Shown: piece by piece, positions 1 through 13,817 of the stretch
Layout of the letters: each line of letters starts with the position of its first letter
Position numbering within the stretch: position 1 is the first letter of the stretch
DNA from: Vicugna vicugna
Lineage: Eukaryota
Direction: 5' to 3'
DNA: 64,000 nt
NCBI GenBank assembly: GCA_013265495.1
Contig: MU057701.1
Coordinates: 930,001-994,000 of the forward strand
Translations under genes and position numbers: made by a program
Notes under the pieces: generated by a model
What the model was told of the DNA's origin: nothing
The model's input: only the letters and a program-made list of their open reading frames with translations
Databases searched by the model: none

Positions 1-224
1 GCACTGGTCAGGAGTTTGAGTGTGGATTTCAAGTGTTCCCAAGTCATGAGACCAGCATTCAGTTCCTGGGTCTCCCTTTCACGGTCCATGAAACTCACTC
101 ACCTCCCCTCAGCTATATCGTCATAAAAACCCTCTTCTCTTTTCAGCCATGCAGGATTATTGTAATGATTAAATGAGGTCATGTATGTAGAAGCACTTTT
201 TATATAAGCACTTTTTATGTTACG

Positions 225-440
225 CTATTTTTTATTGAAACATATTTGATGTATACTGTTGTGTGAATTTAAGGTATATGACTTGTTAATTTGATACATT
301 TATGTATTGTCGTATGATTATCATTGTAGCGATAATTAACTTCTCTATCACATCACATAATTATCATTTCTTTTTAGTTGGAATAATTAATATCTAGTCT
401 CTTAGCAAGTTTGATGATTACGATATGGTATTGTTAGAAG
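225..440 (-). mobile_element. LINE-1 (L1MA-type) 3' end fragment
   Basis: ttttattgaaacatatttgat..aaggtata..atctagtctcttagcaagttt. Confidence 0.6.
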
Positions 441-976
441 CATGTTTTAAACAGCAGAGGGATTTAAGAGGTATAATATTCTTATAAAATTGACATCACA
501 TGTAATATGTTAAAATGCATTATTATCCAGCTTTTAGTACTGTGTGGTCCATGAACCGAGAATAATTACAACTGTCTTTACCCTAATCTTTGTAGAAGGC
601 GGGGATTGGTAAAATGAATGCCTGGGAAGGAGAGCATAATGTTCACAACATGGTCTTTGGAGAATGAGAGCTGGGTTAAAATCACAGCCGTATTTTTTAA
701 TCTCAAACAAGTTAGTAATTTCTTTATGTCTCAGTGTCCCTACCTTTCAGTGTTCTGGGGAATGGATGAGGTAATATCAAGCGGTTCCCTTAGCACAGTG
801 CCCGGTACCTGGTGAGCACTCGGGCTGTACAGTGGCTCTGATTTTATTTGTACTGTGATATAAAGTTCTTGCAGTTTCTTTGGAAAACCTCTGCATGTGC
901 TCCGATTTCTGTTACCTGTATACCGACTTGTAGCCATTATGAAATACACACTTTTGGATTTTGTTCTGTCCTGAAG

Positions 977-1059
977 GTGGTGATGAAGCATAATGCTGTA
1001 ATAGAACATTTAAAACAGAAAAAGACCATGACTCCAGCTGAAAGAGAAGAGAATCAGAG
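977..1059 (+). CDS. BPTF: BPTF internal coding exon (VVMKHNAVIEHLKQKKTMTPAEREENQ); the gene begins upstream of the window
   Basis: ctgaag| acceptor and AG|gtaggg donor; 83 nt; joins in frame to the next exon; peptide matches the recalled BPTF C-terminal region. Confidence 0.93.
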
Positions 1060-1348
1060 GTAGGGAGAAATGCTTATCACCCGGTTGCACAGGATCTCGC
1101 TGTGTCTCAGTTTCTTCTCATGCACAGGGCACGGGAGTTCTGAATTTGTAAATTTTTTGTCTTGATTGAAGTTTATTAAATGAGAACATTCAGCACTAAT
1201 ACAATAGGTGCTCATAACTGTTTTGAATCACTCTTTGAAGCTTTCCACTCACCGAAAGTTTTTATCAGCTGTAGACATAGAAAAATCATGTCTTAAGCCT
1301 TTCAGAATGAAACGCCCAGCATTACATAGGTTTTGTATTTCTCTCTAG

Positions 1349-1574
1349 AATGATTGTGTGTAACCAGGTGATGAAGTATATTTTGGATAAGATAGACAAA
1401 GAAGAAAAGCAGGCCGCAAAAAAACGGAAGCGAGAAGAGAGCGTGGAGCAGAAACGCAGCAAACAGAATGCTAGCAAGCTCTCTGCTTTGCTTTTCAAAC
1501 ACAAAGAGCAGCTTAAAGCCGAAATACTAAAAAAGAGAGCATTGCTGGACAAAGACCTACAAATTGAAGTACAG
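1349..1574 (+). CDS. BPTF: BPTF coding exon (MIVCNQVMKYILDK...DLQIEVQ), coiled-coil/basic region
   Basis: ctctctag| acceptor and CAG|gtaaga donor; 226 nt; frame continuous. Confidence 0.95.
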
Positions 1575-4167
1575 GTAAGAAGGTGTTCCCTCTCCTCCTG
1601 TATCCAGTGTGTAGCATCTCATTTTATTCTTTTTTTTTCCCTTGAAATTCTGATTAAGTTTACAGTGTCAGCTTTTCTAGAATTTACATTTTTGTCCCTA
1701 GAGTGAAAAAAAGTGACATGTCTTTTGAGACAAGACAGAGATTTTGTATCTGTAAGTACGTTGTCATCGCTAGACTGGCCACTTGGAGAGGTTAGTCTCT
1801 TGATTAAAACATTTGAGGACCCTCTTGGCAGTAGCTCTTATTTTCTATGGCATAGTCTTGCCAGAAGTTAGCAGGAGCCAAGTTTCATGAGAAAAGTAGA
1901 CAGAGAAACTGCGAAATGATGTTGAAAGAAAAATAAAGTGTGCCCATGAAGTAAGACCAGATTTCTTCCTTGACTTGTAACTGATCCTGCAGGCATGGCT
2001 AACCCTCTGCTTACTTAGGAATTGTATTGAAAAGTGAAAGAAGACATCTATTCATACATGTTTAAACAGCTTTTTAAAAGAGGTAGACTACCTAAAGCAT
2101 CTCTAAAAGTGCCTTATGCATTTTAAGAAGGTGAGAAATATTTTTAAAAAGAGAACATTGATCATCCCACTAACAAACGTTGCATGTAACTCAGAGACAT
2201 GAGAGATCTTCCCACTAAAGTCAGAGACCAGAAAATAATGCCGAAAACCAACATTCTTACTTAGCATCTCTGGAACTTCTAGGTAATGTGTTAGGCCAGG
2301 AAAAGAAGAAAGAAGAGAAAATTTGTTATTGTGTATAATGTGATTATTACATCAAAACCCCAAAGGAAAATTATTAAAATTTAGGAGAGAATTCAGTAAG
2401 GTAGTTGCTACTAGATAAATCTTGAGATCACAGTCGTTACCAAAGTAAACGAAACGAACGAGCCAGCTCATAATAGCAGCCTAGCACTACGTAAAGCACC
2501 ACCTCCCACCTTCAGATTCATTTCAGATCATAAAAGAGACCACAGAAGCCACAGAAGAAAACAAGATTGTCATTTTTGTAATCTTGAAGTGGGGAAAACG
2601 ACTTCTATGCATTACAAATCCCAAATGGCACAAAGGAAAGATAGATTTGATTGCCATAAGCAGAAAAATTTTGTATAGAAAAAAAAAACAAAACAGAAAC
2701 AACATTGAAAAACAGATGACAAACAGAAAAAAATTTATAGCATTTATAGTGGAATTAGTGTTCCTAGAAAGTTCAAGAGCTCTGAGTCAGTAAGAAAAGT
2801 TGAACACTAATTAACTAGGTGAGGGAAATCATTTCACAATGACATCCGGATATCCAGTCACTATGATGTACAGTTTAAATATCTTACAATTTTACTTGTC
2901 AGTTGTACCTCAATAAAGCTGAAATAAAAAAAGAAAAATACTGTAGTAGAAGAATATGAGAATATGTTAGACACATAAATAAGCAGATTTCAAATTTTAA
3001 AATGCTAAATACCAGTAAACATATAAAAAGATATTCAACTGACCTACTAGTGAAAGAAATGAAAATACTGTTTTTCTAGAGATAATACCATATATTTTTG
3101 GAGAACATCAGTTTGTATCAAGACTGTAAAATGTGGAGACTCTTTGATCCATGATTCCGCTTCTAGAAGTGCATCTAAGAGACAATTAGGCAAGACAATC
3201 TGAGCAAGGACATAACGAATGTTAATGGTAACAAAGATTTGGAATCAACCTGAAGTTCACAAAGAAGAGATTGATAATCAGTGTTCTCAACAGGAGTACG
3301 TTGGGCCTTTTTGACAGCCCAGTTTTTTACACACTGTAGGAAGTTTAACAGCAGGTGCCCAATGTAGCATCCCCTTCATAGTAAGCACCAAAAAAACGAC
3401 CTTGTCCCCACAAACGTTCTGAAACACTCTCTAGAGGTACCAGTATCACCCTCAGCTGAGAACCACTGGGTTAAATACATTTCGGAGTGCCCATGTCGTG
3501 GACTGCAGTTTTAACAAAATACTAGAGGTTTGGTGCTTTTTTGTTTTTATTTCTTCGGGGAAATTCTCAGTGATTATCACGTATACTGTTCCCACTGCAT
3601 ACTCTGCATAGAGTGGGGAAGTATTTGTTGTCTGTATCCCTTAGATAGAAATAAATAAATTGGACATGTACATTCAGATGTCTTTCAAAGCAGTTTCCTT
3701 GGCCAACAAATAAAAGTAATCTGTGACCCCCTCCCCCTCAAAGATAAGCATTTTAAAATAATTTTAGGGTGTATCTTGTATGTATTATTTTTAATATATG
3801 TACATGTTAAAAGCAGAATCCCACCAGAGACAACATAAACTGAACATTTTTCTGCATTCAATATACTGTGCAGCCATTTACAAATGTCATTCCCACTGCA
3901 GATACACCAGTGTACAGTTATCGTGTGCTTTCTGATGGCGTATTACTTATCCAATGAGGAGGAAAAATTATACTTTGGGAAAGAAAATCTTCACATTATT
4001 TTAATGAGTAGAATTTTTGCTAAGATGATTTACTTTGAGGAACATTCGAATGTATATTATACTATCGTATTTTTAAAATAATTTTTAATTATAAAGATTT
4101 AATTTTTTTATTTTCAAGATATGATTGGTCCTTCGTATCTTCTTGTTCTTGCATCATTTCGGCTTCT

Positions 4168-4590
4168 CTTTTTTTTTTAATAGACTTTATTTTTAAGAGC
4201 AGTTTTAAATTTACATAAAACTTATGCTGAAAGCAGAGTTGTCATATGTTCTTCCTCCTTCCTTGGCCTCCATCCTGTTATTAATATAGTATTAACTATT
4301 AATGTTAATAATGGTTTCCCCGTTATTAAAATCTTGCACTAGTGTTGCACATTTGTACAATTCATAAGCCAACAATGACACATTACTATTAACTAACTGA
4401 AGTCCATAGTTCACATTAAGTTTTACTCAGTGTTGGGGCTGTTCTGTGCATTTAATAAGTGCGTGACGTCATGTAACCGTGTTGCATAGAGAATACAGAA
4501 TCATATCATTACAGAATCATGCAGAATAGATTCACTACTCTACAAATGTCCTGTGTTCCACCTTTTCATCCCTCCTCCGTCCCCCTCTGC
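4168..4590 (-). mobile_element. LINE-1 (L1MB/MC-type) 3' end fragment
   Basis: taatagactttatttttaagagcagtttta..gacacattactatt..gtccatagttcacattaag. Confidence 0.6.
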
Positions 4591-6099
4591 TTGTCTTTTC
4601 AAATAAATAATTTCATGTTCATTTTTTAATAGAACTTAGACGTTCATTTAGCTCGAGTACCTTATACACATTGCAATGCTTTTGTCAAATTGTTCTATAA
4701 AACCTACACACTTAGAATAAATTCAGGCTCATTATTGATTTGTGTTGTTTTTTGTGTTGTTTTGTTTTTACATTACATATTATCATTTGGTTTTGCATTT
4801 GGTATTTAAGGGAGAGGAGTTCTGATTTTGTTTCCTCCCTGAAGCCTCGGGCAGCACAGCCCACCCTTAACATAAGCCTGCTCTTGTCACCAGCCTCACC
4901 CAAGGCCTGTTGCGTCCCTGTCTCCCTGTAGAAGTGCCGCCACTTCCCAGTTGTGGGTCTGGAGCCCAGGAGGCCTGCAGCTGTTCACGGCATTGTGTTT
5001 CTGTTGTGTAGAGACACTTACATCTTACTCAGACATGACTGTCTTTTCAGTTTTTTCTTTTTCATATTTTACTGTCCTTGGTATGTCCTTGAAGGGGCGG
5101 GTCAAACTGTATACCCACTGTACTATTGACTCTTGATTTTCCTAAAATCCATCTCTTTATGTTACAAACACATTATATTATTTAGGAAAATGAAACTCAA
5201 GATTTACTTTCTTCCCTAGGAAAAAGTTCAGGCTTTGTTTTTAAGTAAAGAAGGGCTCGTGCATAGTCACACAGCGTGTCTTCTCATTTATGAGACTGTC
5301 TAGGCTCTAGATAGAGGAAAGAGATTTCTTTAAACCAGGACCATTCCAGTTTACTTGTTAGAATTTTTCTGCTGTTTTAAAGCTTGGTCATAGTGTGACT
5401 TATTCACACCAACTTTGTTCATGGAAGCCAATCACCATGGTTTTTCTCTAGGGAAATAAAATTTGCTTTAATCATCATTTCTAAGAATAAGTTACAGCAC
5501 TGGGTAGCAGAGGTGTGTTTAAAACATTTCACGTGGGAAAAAGTACGGATTTTAATTCATGGCAAGCTTTGTATTGAGAAAATAGCTCTCCCTAAAGTCT
5601 TAAATTCCAGACACAAAAGCCCGGCAAACAAGGCGCATCTGTCTTGCTCTGCTTTGGGCTGGCCAGACCACGTCTGGAGTGTCGAGTTCAGTTCGTGTCC
5701 AGCCTCACTCTAAGGACACAGAGGAGATCGGCTGGAAGAAAGCAGCCAGCGGGTGAGGACCCTCGAGATCACGTCCTGAGCAACGACTAAACCGGCCAGG
5801 ACAGGACACGGGCCCTCGGGAGGGGCCGGCCTTCCTAGATACTGGCTCATCTTTCTGCCAGACCTCCTTTGAAGATAGCCAGCAGCTTTCTAGTTGTCGT
5901 ATGATCTTCATTTTCTGTTTCCCATTGTTTCAGTTGGGTTTCAGGTGTAGTAAGAACCCTCTTGTTCGGAGCTAGCACCACTCCCTCACCTGAGGCTGAG
6001 CTGTGGAGCTACTTGGACTAGGGTGGTGAGGAAACATCCTCGGGCTAGATCATTACCTAAGTTGAATGACAGTCTTGTATTGTCTTTAACTGACAACAG

Positions 6100-6431
6100 G
6101 AAGAGCTCAGGAGGGACCTGAAGATTAAGAAGGAGAAAGACGTGGTGCAGGCCGCAGCAGCAGCAGCTGCCACCGCGCCCACAGCGCCTGCTGCACCTCC
6201 AGCCCCTCCGCCTTCGCCCCCACCTCCGCCTCCCCCGCAGCACTCGGGCCCCCTGGCCACGGCCACGGCCACGGCCACACTGCCTGTGGCCTCCCAGAAA
6301 AGGAAGCGAGAAGAGGACAGAGACTCAAGCTCCAAGTCCAAGAAGAAGAAAATGATCTCTACTACCTCAAAGGAAACCAAGAAGGACACAAAGCTTTACT
6401 GTATCTGTAAAACGCCTTACGATGAATCTAA
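6100..6431 (+). CDS. BPTF: BPTF coding exon: Ala/Pro-rich linker, basic NLS-like stretch, start of a PHD finger (LYCICKTPYDES)
   Basis: caacag| acceptor and AA|gtgagt donor; 332 nt; frame continuous. Confidence 0.95.
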
Positions 6432-9210
6432 GTGAGTAGATCTTTTTGAGCTCCAGTTCATTTTCTTAAAAGTTTAGTTAAGTTTCCAGTTTTGGAGAAA
6501 ATGAGTATCTCAGTAGCAGTGTAAATCAAAGTAGTTCAAAGTAGAATGTTTCATCTGCGGTCTTGCGTCTGATATTCTTAACCCTGACACTAGAATAAAG
6601 CTTTGTTATTTCACGTGTTCATGATTTGTTGTTTGTCCTTCATCATATTCTCTTCTGTCAAAAATAAGCTTTCTGTTGCTCCTTTGCTGTCTCCTCTCTT
6701 CTCTGGATTAACTCCAGTGATGCTGTCTGGAGAAGGAGGTGTGTTATTATCACTGCCCACAATTGAGACTAAAACCTTCATAACCCCATGGTTACATCAG
6801 ATCCTAGAGATGACCTAGATGTGAATGAATGGTGCGAGCAGCTTTGAGTTGAGTGGTTTGGGGTTTTTATTGTTTAATTTTAAGCAATTCTGGATTTTTT
6901 TGTACTGAAATATTATGACCGAACATTATTTTTGTCAAAAGTTCCCACTTTCTTCTTGGGAACAGAAATGTCTCTTTCACCCATTCCTCAAGTATGACAT
7001 ACTCAAAATTTTGATAAGCCTGGCACCTGGAAGCTGTTTTTGACAGTTGTGACTTGTACTTGGTGATACATACAAGATTTTAGAGACATTAATCCATAAA
7101 CATGATTATACTCTTTTTCTATCATTTACTGTCATTCAACTAGATAATTAGCTCCCCTTTTCAACGTTCAAATGCAGGCCAACCTTTTAAAGCCAAAATT
7201 AACCACAGTGTTAATTTTACAGTACCAAAAAGTTTATCTGATCATGCTAAAAATATGATCACTTAGAATTAGGAATCCTTAATGTCTACCATAAGTGGAT
7301 GCCTGATCAATTTATAAAGTAAAACTTTCTCTTTAATGATGTTCAAGTTGTAACATTGAAATTGCTTTAGTGGTGCTATTTAAATTACAATCTGTTTGCA
7401 GGTGCTGCATCAAAACTTCCTGTTGGTAGATTTAGCTGTATGTTGAGTTAGGCATCTTCACTTTTCATTGTCTTACTTTATGGGAAATTAGACACAATAT
7501 AAAAGGTAGAACCCTGTTAACTAACTTTCCCCTTAGTCTAATGCAGTTGTGCCTCCCTTTAAGCAAATTATTCTAAATGATTTATAGAACAAAACAGACC
7601 GTGATTTACTTTCTTTCCAAAAAGATCTGCTTATGGAATTTATTTAAATAACCAGACTTCTTTGGCCTATTTAAAATATTCAGATCAGAGAAATTCATTT
7701 CACACAGAACTTTTTTGTAATACCTAAATTGCATAAAATGAGGCACACAGGTACATTTGCTCATTCTGTTGAGATTGCATCATTATTTTGTGGATATTTT
7801 ATATTTTTTGATTTGTCATTTTTAACATTTCAGCATACCGCATTCATTCACTCCCTGTTCTAGTTAGAAAGGGTTAGCGTTTTTTAATCTCTTGTACCAA
7901 ACAAGTCTGATTTGGGAATCTAGTGAGTGACTAAAACTTGAAACTCAGGTCCTGAGCTTACTTCCAGAACACACAGCCACCACCTGGTGAAGGCAATGTC
8001 CAAAAACACCCTGAAGCCCTCCACCTGTGCCAGGGAAAATCATGCAGGAGTCAGAATTCAAAAGAAAAAAGTGGCGGTAGATAACCCACACAACTGTCTG
8101 TCATTCCTTTATGTTCCGAAAGCAGGTTAGTTTGAAGTTTGAGAACTGTTTCCGTTCCTCTAGGTGAATCTGCCAAGAAATACCTCAGTGGAACCACTGG
8201 GGCTCGGCAAGGCCGGTGATTCTTGCTCTTTCTTGCCATGACTTTGACAGGGCGTTCCTACAGAACACCTGTCAGCATTTGTAGGCACACTGTGTGTTTG
8301 CCATAGAGTTGCTTTTCATTTTGCCATTTGAGATCTTACATTACAAAAGCCTTGAGGGTTAAGTCACTGACTGTGATTACCCGCAGTTGCACACTGGTGC
8401 AGCCCCATCCTGTAGAACTTCCTGTGGTTTTAGAGAACAATCCTCACCTCGCTCTCCACACTCTCCCTGGCTTTGAAATGAAGTAGTTCCTCACCAGCTA
8501 ATTAACCTGGCCACCCTCCACATTGTCACACACATCATATTAACTGAACAACTGGCCCATGTCATAATCTGTTACAATTAGATTAAATTCCAGTATTTAT
8601 TTAGAAGGCTTGGTAGAAGCTGAATTACTTACATGTGCCTTTTTTAGTTTTCTTCTTCATGTCATATTTTGACCATTTATCTTCTCCACCTGGCTGGCCT
8701 GCATGTTCCTTGTAGTGTAACTTCTACTCGGTGTTTGCGCTTTGCTTTGTTTTCAAATTTAAATTGTGAGATACATTCTCAAACCTATCTAAGAAATAGC
8801 CCTGATTTTGAAATGGCTTCTGTGGCATAGGTTTGACAGATGTAAGTCTTTGATTCTTTGGCTTTGGTTTTTTTGTGCCTGTTACAGTTTTATACACATT
8901 CATTAAGAGGGAGACATTACCATCAGTGTGTTGTTTATTTTTTCAAATTCCAGTATGTTTTTAAAGACCCACATTTCACTAAACAGTGTATTTGTTGAAA
9001 TTGATGTGAGTGACTTTATGTTTCCACACTCGATATAGTGTCAGATGCTGTAGTTTGTCAGGGTTAGAACGGTTGGATTCAGGATGTTTAGCTGACTCAT
9101 TGCAGAAAGTTATCCTGTAAGAACGTGAATCAGGACAGGGAAGACAGATTTACGTACCGTGCAGCTCAAAATGACAATTACATTGTCATTTTCATTGTGA
9201 ATACTTTTAG

Positions 9211-9384
9211 GTTCTATATTGGCTGTGATCTTTGTACTAACTGGTATCATGGAGAATGTGTTGGCATCACAGAAAAGGAGGCTAAGAAAATGGATGTGTA
9301 CATCTGTAATGATTGTAAACGGGCACAAGAGGGCAACAGTGAGGAATTGTACTGTATCTGCAGAACACCTTATGATGAGTCACA
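9211..9384 (+). CDS. BPTF: BPTF 174-nt symmetric (phase 2-2) exon encoding a PHD C-terminal half plus the next PHD N-terminal half; probable cassette exon
   Basis: ttttag| acceptor and CA|gtgagt donor; encodes FYIGCDLCTNWYHGECVGITEKEAKKMDVYICNDCKRAQEGNSEELYCICRTPYDES; length divisible by 3. Confidence 0.9.
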
Positions 9385-10135
9385 GTGAGTTCTGATAAGA
9401 GCATCATATTTAATAATTTAGGAAGCCAAATTGCTCTGACTGGTTATTTATTTATTTTAAAATAAAAAGCAAGATATTTCTCTGCATATATTATACACTT
9501 ACATTACAAATTCCTTTTGAATTTTTTCTCTTCTTCCCTCTTTACCTCCCCTTCAAAATTTATGTTGCTTCATAGTGAATGTTTGAGATGCATTGGGGAA
9601 AATGTGGTTTAATGGCAGACTTGATTCTTCAATATGTAATATAGAAATTAATGAGATTAAAATAGCCTGACTTCTTTGGACTTTATCAGTGTTTTGAAAT
9701 GGTGCTTTATTGCAGGTTAGAAAAACACTAATTTGGGTATAAGCTCTGAGATTCTGTTTAGCTTTTAGGATTTTGAGCTCCCAGTTGGGTGGCCAATATC
9801 AGCTTCCCATTTGATATGGTATTAGTTGAAAGATTTTTGTCTTTATTTAGTTTTGAGCTTTAAAGTCAATTAAACGTTTTACATTTTTCTTCATATTAGT
9901 TCTCCAATTTTGACAGTGTTCTTAAACCTTTACTGCTTGTTCTTAACATCAGAAATACTAAATTAACACATTGGAATGTCAGTCTTCAAAAATATTAAAA
10001 CAATTATAATACTAAAACTATTTTATATCTCAGGGTTAGAATATTTTCAGATGCATGTTTTTAATTTTTAAAGTAAATTGTAAGTAACGCGATCCCGTCT
10101 GTTTTGAACTCACATTTCCATTTCGGATCTTGCAG

Positions 10136-10328
10136 ATTTTATATTGGCTGTGATCGGTGTCAGAACTGGTACCACGGGCGCTGCGTTGGCATCTTGCAAA
10201 GTGAGGCAGAGCTCATTGACGAGTATGTCTGTCCACAGTGCCAGTCCACAGAGGATGCCATGACAGTGCTCACGCCGCTCACGGAGAAAGATTATGAGGG
10301 TTTGAAGAGGGTGCTGCGTTCTCTGCAG
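10136..10328 (+). CDS. BPTF: BPTF coding exon: H3K4me3-reading PHD finger C-terminal half and linker helix
   Basis: ttgcag| acceptor and CAG|gtgagg donor; [25 protein letters not shown]...LRSLQ. Confidence 0.96.
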
Positions 10329-11239
10329 GTGAGGAACCACTCTGTACACAGCTTTTAAAGCTCGGCATTTAAATTCTTGGTTTGAACTTCCCAGTCTTAG
10401 AGTACCTGGTTATTTACTGACTACCAGCTACTCCAGTGAAGTGCTCCGCATACTTCAGTCCTTCACGTGCCGATGTCACAAGGTTTACCACACGCTAGCT
10501 CAGCTGTTGTGTATCTAATACTCACATTTAAAATGGCTCATTTTTTTAACCTAAATTTAATTTTTAAAGAAAACTTTCTCTCCACCATAGATTGAAAAGC
10601 GGTTTGATCAAATTCTAGTGAGATACAAATGCTTATCTAAGGCTTTGACCCAAAACCTTCTCTCCCTTATTAAAAAACGAAAGGAGATGGGGATGGCTTA
10701 CAAAATTAGCAAGTGTTAGAGGTGTATTCAAGATATGCGTGCTCTACTGATGGCACTTTCTCCTGTTGGAATCATAATCAGCAGAACAGAAAACTGAAAA
10801 GGGAGCAGTCGTCTCAATGTGTGCTTGAGTGTTACTTAACATCACATCTCTGCCACGTCATTAGCCTGCAGGGGTATCCATTCCACACTAGGCACCCATC
10901 CCACCCCCGTTTAATAGGTGTGATAGCATTGCCAGCACACCCAGGTCGTCATGTGGGACCAGAGCGCAGACTTCTTAACTCCTAAGCTGGCGCTCCACCA
11001 TCCCTACTCCATGCCGAGGCCCCAGACCACTCTTTGAGAACTGTTACTATGGAGTGTGCTCATCTGAGATAATCTGCGACTAGAGCAAAATCATCTAAGA
11101 ATAAATAATTTCATCTCTCAAGTTTAAAGCTGACTTTTCAAGTTTAAGGGTTGATTGATGCAGTAATTCCAATGGGAAACTTGAGTGGAATTATTACTTC
11201 GACCTGACAATAGCGATGCCTTTTTTCTTTTCGTTACAG

Positions 11240-11324
11240 GCCCATAAAATGGCCTGGCCTTTCCTTGAACCAGTGGATCCTAATGATGCACCAGATTATT
11301 ACGGTGTGATTAAGGAGCCTATGG
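11240..11324 (+). CDS. BPTF: BPTF coding exon: bromodomain N-terminal part ([28 protein letters not shown])
   Basis: ttacag| acceptor and ATGG|gtaagt donor; WPF shelf motif; 85 nt. Confidence 0.96.
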
Positions 11325-13666
11325 GTAAGTGCTTGAGTTGAGTATGGAGTTTTTTCAGAAGTCTCAGCAGATACTTCACTTATCATCCATACAATTGATA
11401 TATCCTGAGGTCATGTTGATCAAGACTGGTGGGAGCATAAACTGGTATGCACTTATAGGATAAAATGTGAGTACGTATTAAAGTTCAAATGTGCATACGT
11501 TTGGACCCAGCAATTTCATTTCTTAGTATTTAACATGTGCACAAGCATGTTGTTCATCACAGCAGTGTTCATCATTACAAAAATGCTGAAAATGAAACAA
11601 ATAGCCATCAGTCGAGGAGTAGCTAAATCAAAGTGGTATTACAGAGCTATGTAATGAATGAAGCCAGTGAATGGGTTGAGGTCATTTTGAGCCTCCCATT
11701 TTCCCTGTCACCTCTTTCTCATCCTTTCGTGAAGGAGAACAAAGGTAGAGCTCCAAGAGAATGCAGCCTTAAGCCCAGGGAAAAAACAGTTATAAATAAC
11801 AACTACAGGTTGTATTAAGATAAATACCTGCAGCTGCTTATATTAAAAATAGTTTATCTGCAAAAGAAATTATAAAAGTCAAAGCACAGATAAAGGTGCC
11901 CCAAAATGCCAAAAGACAGGCTCTAGCTGATGAAAATACTCCAGGGAGGGGCCGACTACGCATTTTTTCAGTGGGAATGGTTTTAGGGGATATTTGAAAG
12001 TTGCTAGGAGAGTGGACCTTAAAAGTTCTCATCATCAGGGAAAAGAAGTTTGTAACTGTGTGTGGTGATGGATGTTAAATACACTTACTGTGGTGGTCAT
12101 TTCTCAGCATATACATAGATCAGATCTATGTGTTATGCACATAAAAGTAATACATCTCAAAACAAAATTTTTTAAAGGAACTAAAGTTCAACGAGGATTT
12201 TTTTTTTCTTTAAAAAAGGAAAGAAAAGAGTTGTGTTTGACAGCAACTTCAAAGATGGGGAACCATGAAGAAGAGATAAATGAGGGCTTATCTTTGGGGA
12301 AAAAGCATTAATAAATAAGTAGTTGTTACTTGTATTCTCCTGATGTTGAAGATGGAAGAAATTAATCATTGTACGTATTTCAGATGTGAATAATCTTTGA
12401 GAAAGTACCTGGGGTGTTTATTTAAATAAATAGATAAATCCTGCTTCTAAAAATAAAATAAAATATAGAAAACTTAGGAAATAGGAAAAAAATAAAATAC
12501 ACTTTGGATCTGAATGCTATCACATTTTGGTGTGTTCTTGTGTGTGTGTGTGTGTGTGTGAGAAAATTGAGGTCATATAATAAATGTGTCTAACAGTCAT
12601 CTTCCTGTGTCATTCATTAATTTTCAATAACATTTTTTAATGGTTTTATATAGTCTGTAAATTGAATATGCCTTAACTTATTTAACCAAAATTCTTTTCT
12701 TGAAGAGCTGGAATGTTTTCCTCTCTTTTTCTTTTCCTTCTTATTACCACCAAGATAAACATCATCTTATGTAGTTATGTGCATAAAGGTAATTCGGGTC
12801 TCCCAAACATTTTTAGAGATGCACAGAAAATGTCTGGAAAGCTCTAGACTAAATTGAACATAGTCATTTCTTGTAGGTGTGTGAGGAGCCAGCAAGATCA
12901 GCGGCTTTTATTTTCTTAAACAGAAACAGGGTTATAGGGAATATCGTGTTTTAAAACATACTTTGTAAGCTTGTTAGTACCTTTTTCACATCAGCTGGGG
13001 TGTTAGAGCGTTTTTAATTATATGAAATTAAGATAGTGAATCACTCCCTATGATAGATTTTTCAGTTGTGTGCAGTTTTTGCTACTTTATATAAATGCCA
13101 CTTCTGTGAACATCTTTGCGCATCTGCTTTCTACTATTACAATTTCTGTGTCAAACAGTGTATATACTTTTTAGGCTTTTGATAAATATTTTCAGATTGC
13201 ACTTCAGCGTACTGAACCAGTTTCCACTGATAATGTTTATCTGTGCCGTCTCTCTGCATGCTTGAAAACACTTTGAGCATTATCACAGTTTTGAGGGGGA
13301 AATTTTTGCTTTGCAAATATTTATTTCAAAGTAATGTGTTTGCTGTGCAAATGCAGGTGTCACAGAGAGGTAGAGAGTAAAATGTAAAATTTCCTGCCAC
13401 TCTCAAGTTCTCCCTTAGAGGTGACCTCTGTTAACAGGCTGATGTTACCATTTTTAATTTCTGCTAATTTGGACAAAGGAAATGACTCTTGGGCTGTGCG
13501 TATCTCAGTAACTAGTGACGTGCTGACTGAACTTTTTTTTACATGCCTTTCCTTTTTATGTATTTTGCCATTTTGCTCATTGTCAATGTTATTTAAGAGT
13601 TATTTATATACTAGGGATGTTTAAAAGTTCTATGGTAGCTTTTTGTCATATGATAGTTTTTTTAAC

Positions 13667-13817
13667 TTTTTTTTTTTTTTTTTTTTTTTTTTTGAGGAGG
13701 GAGGTAATTACATTTATTTATTTATTTATCCTCAGAGGAGGTCCTGGGGATTGAACCCAGGACCTCATGCATGCTAAGTAAGCATGTGCTCTAGCGCTTG
13801 AGCTATACCCTCCCCCC
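13667..13817 (-). mobile_element. tRNA-derived SINE (camelid Vic-1-like)
   Basis: Minus strand reads GGGTATAGCTCAAG...GGTCCTGGGTTCAATCCCCAG...AATTACCTCCC then a long poly(A). Confidence 0.85.
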
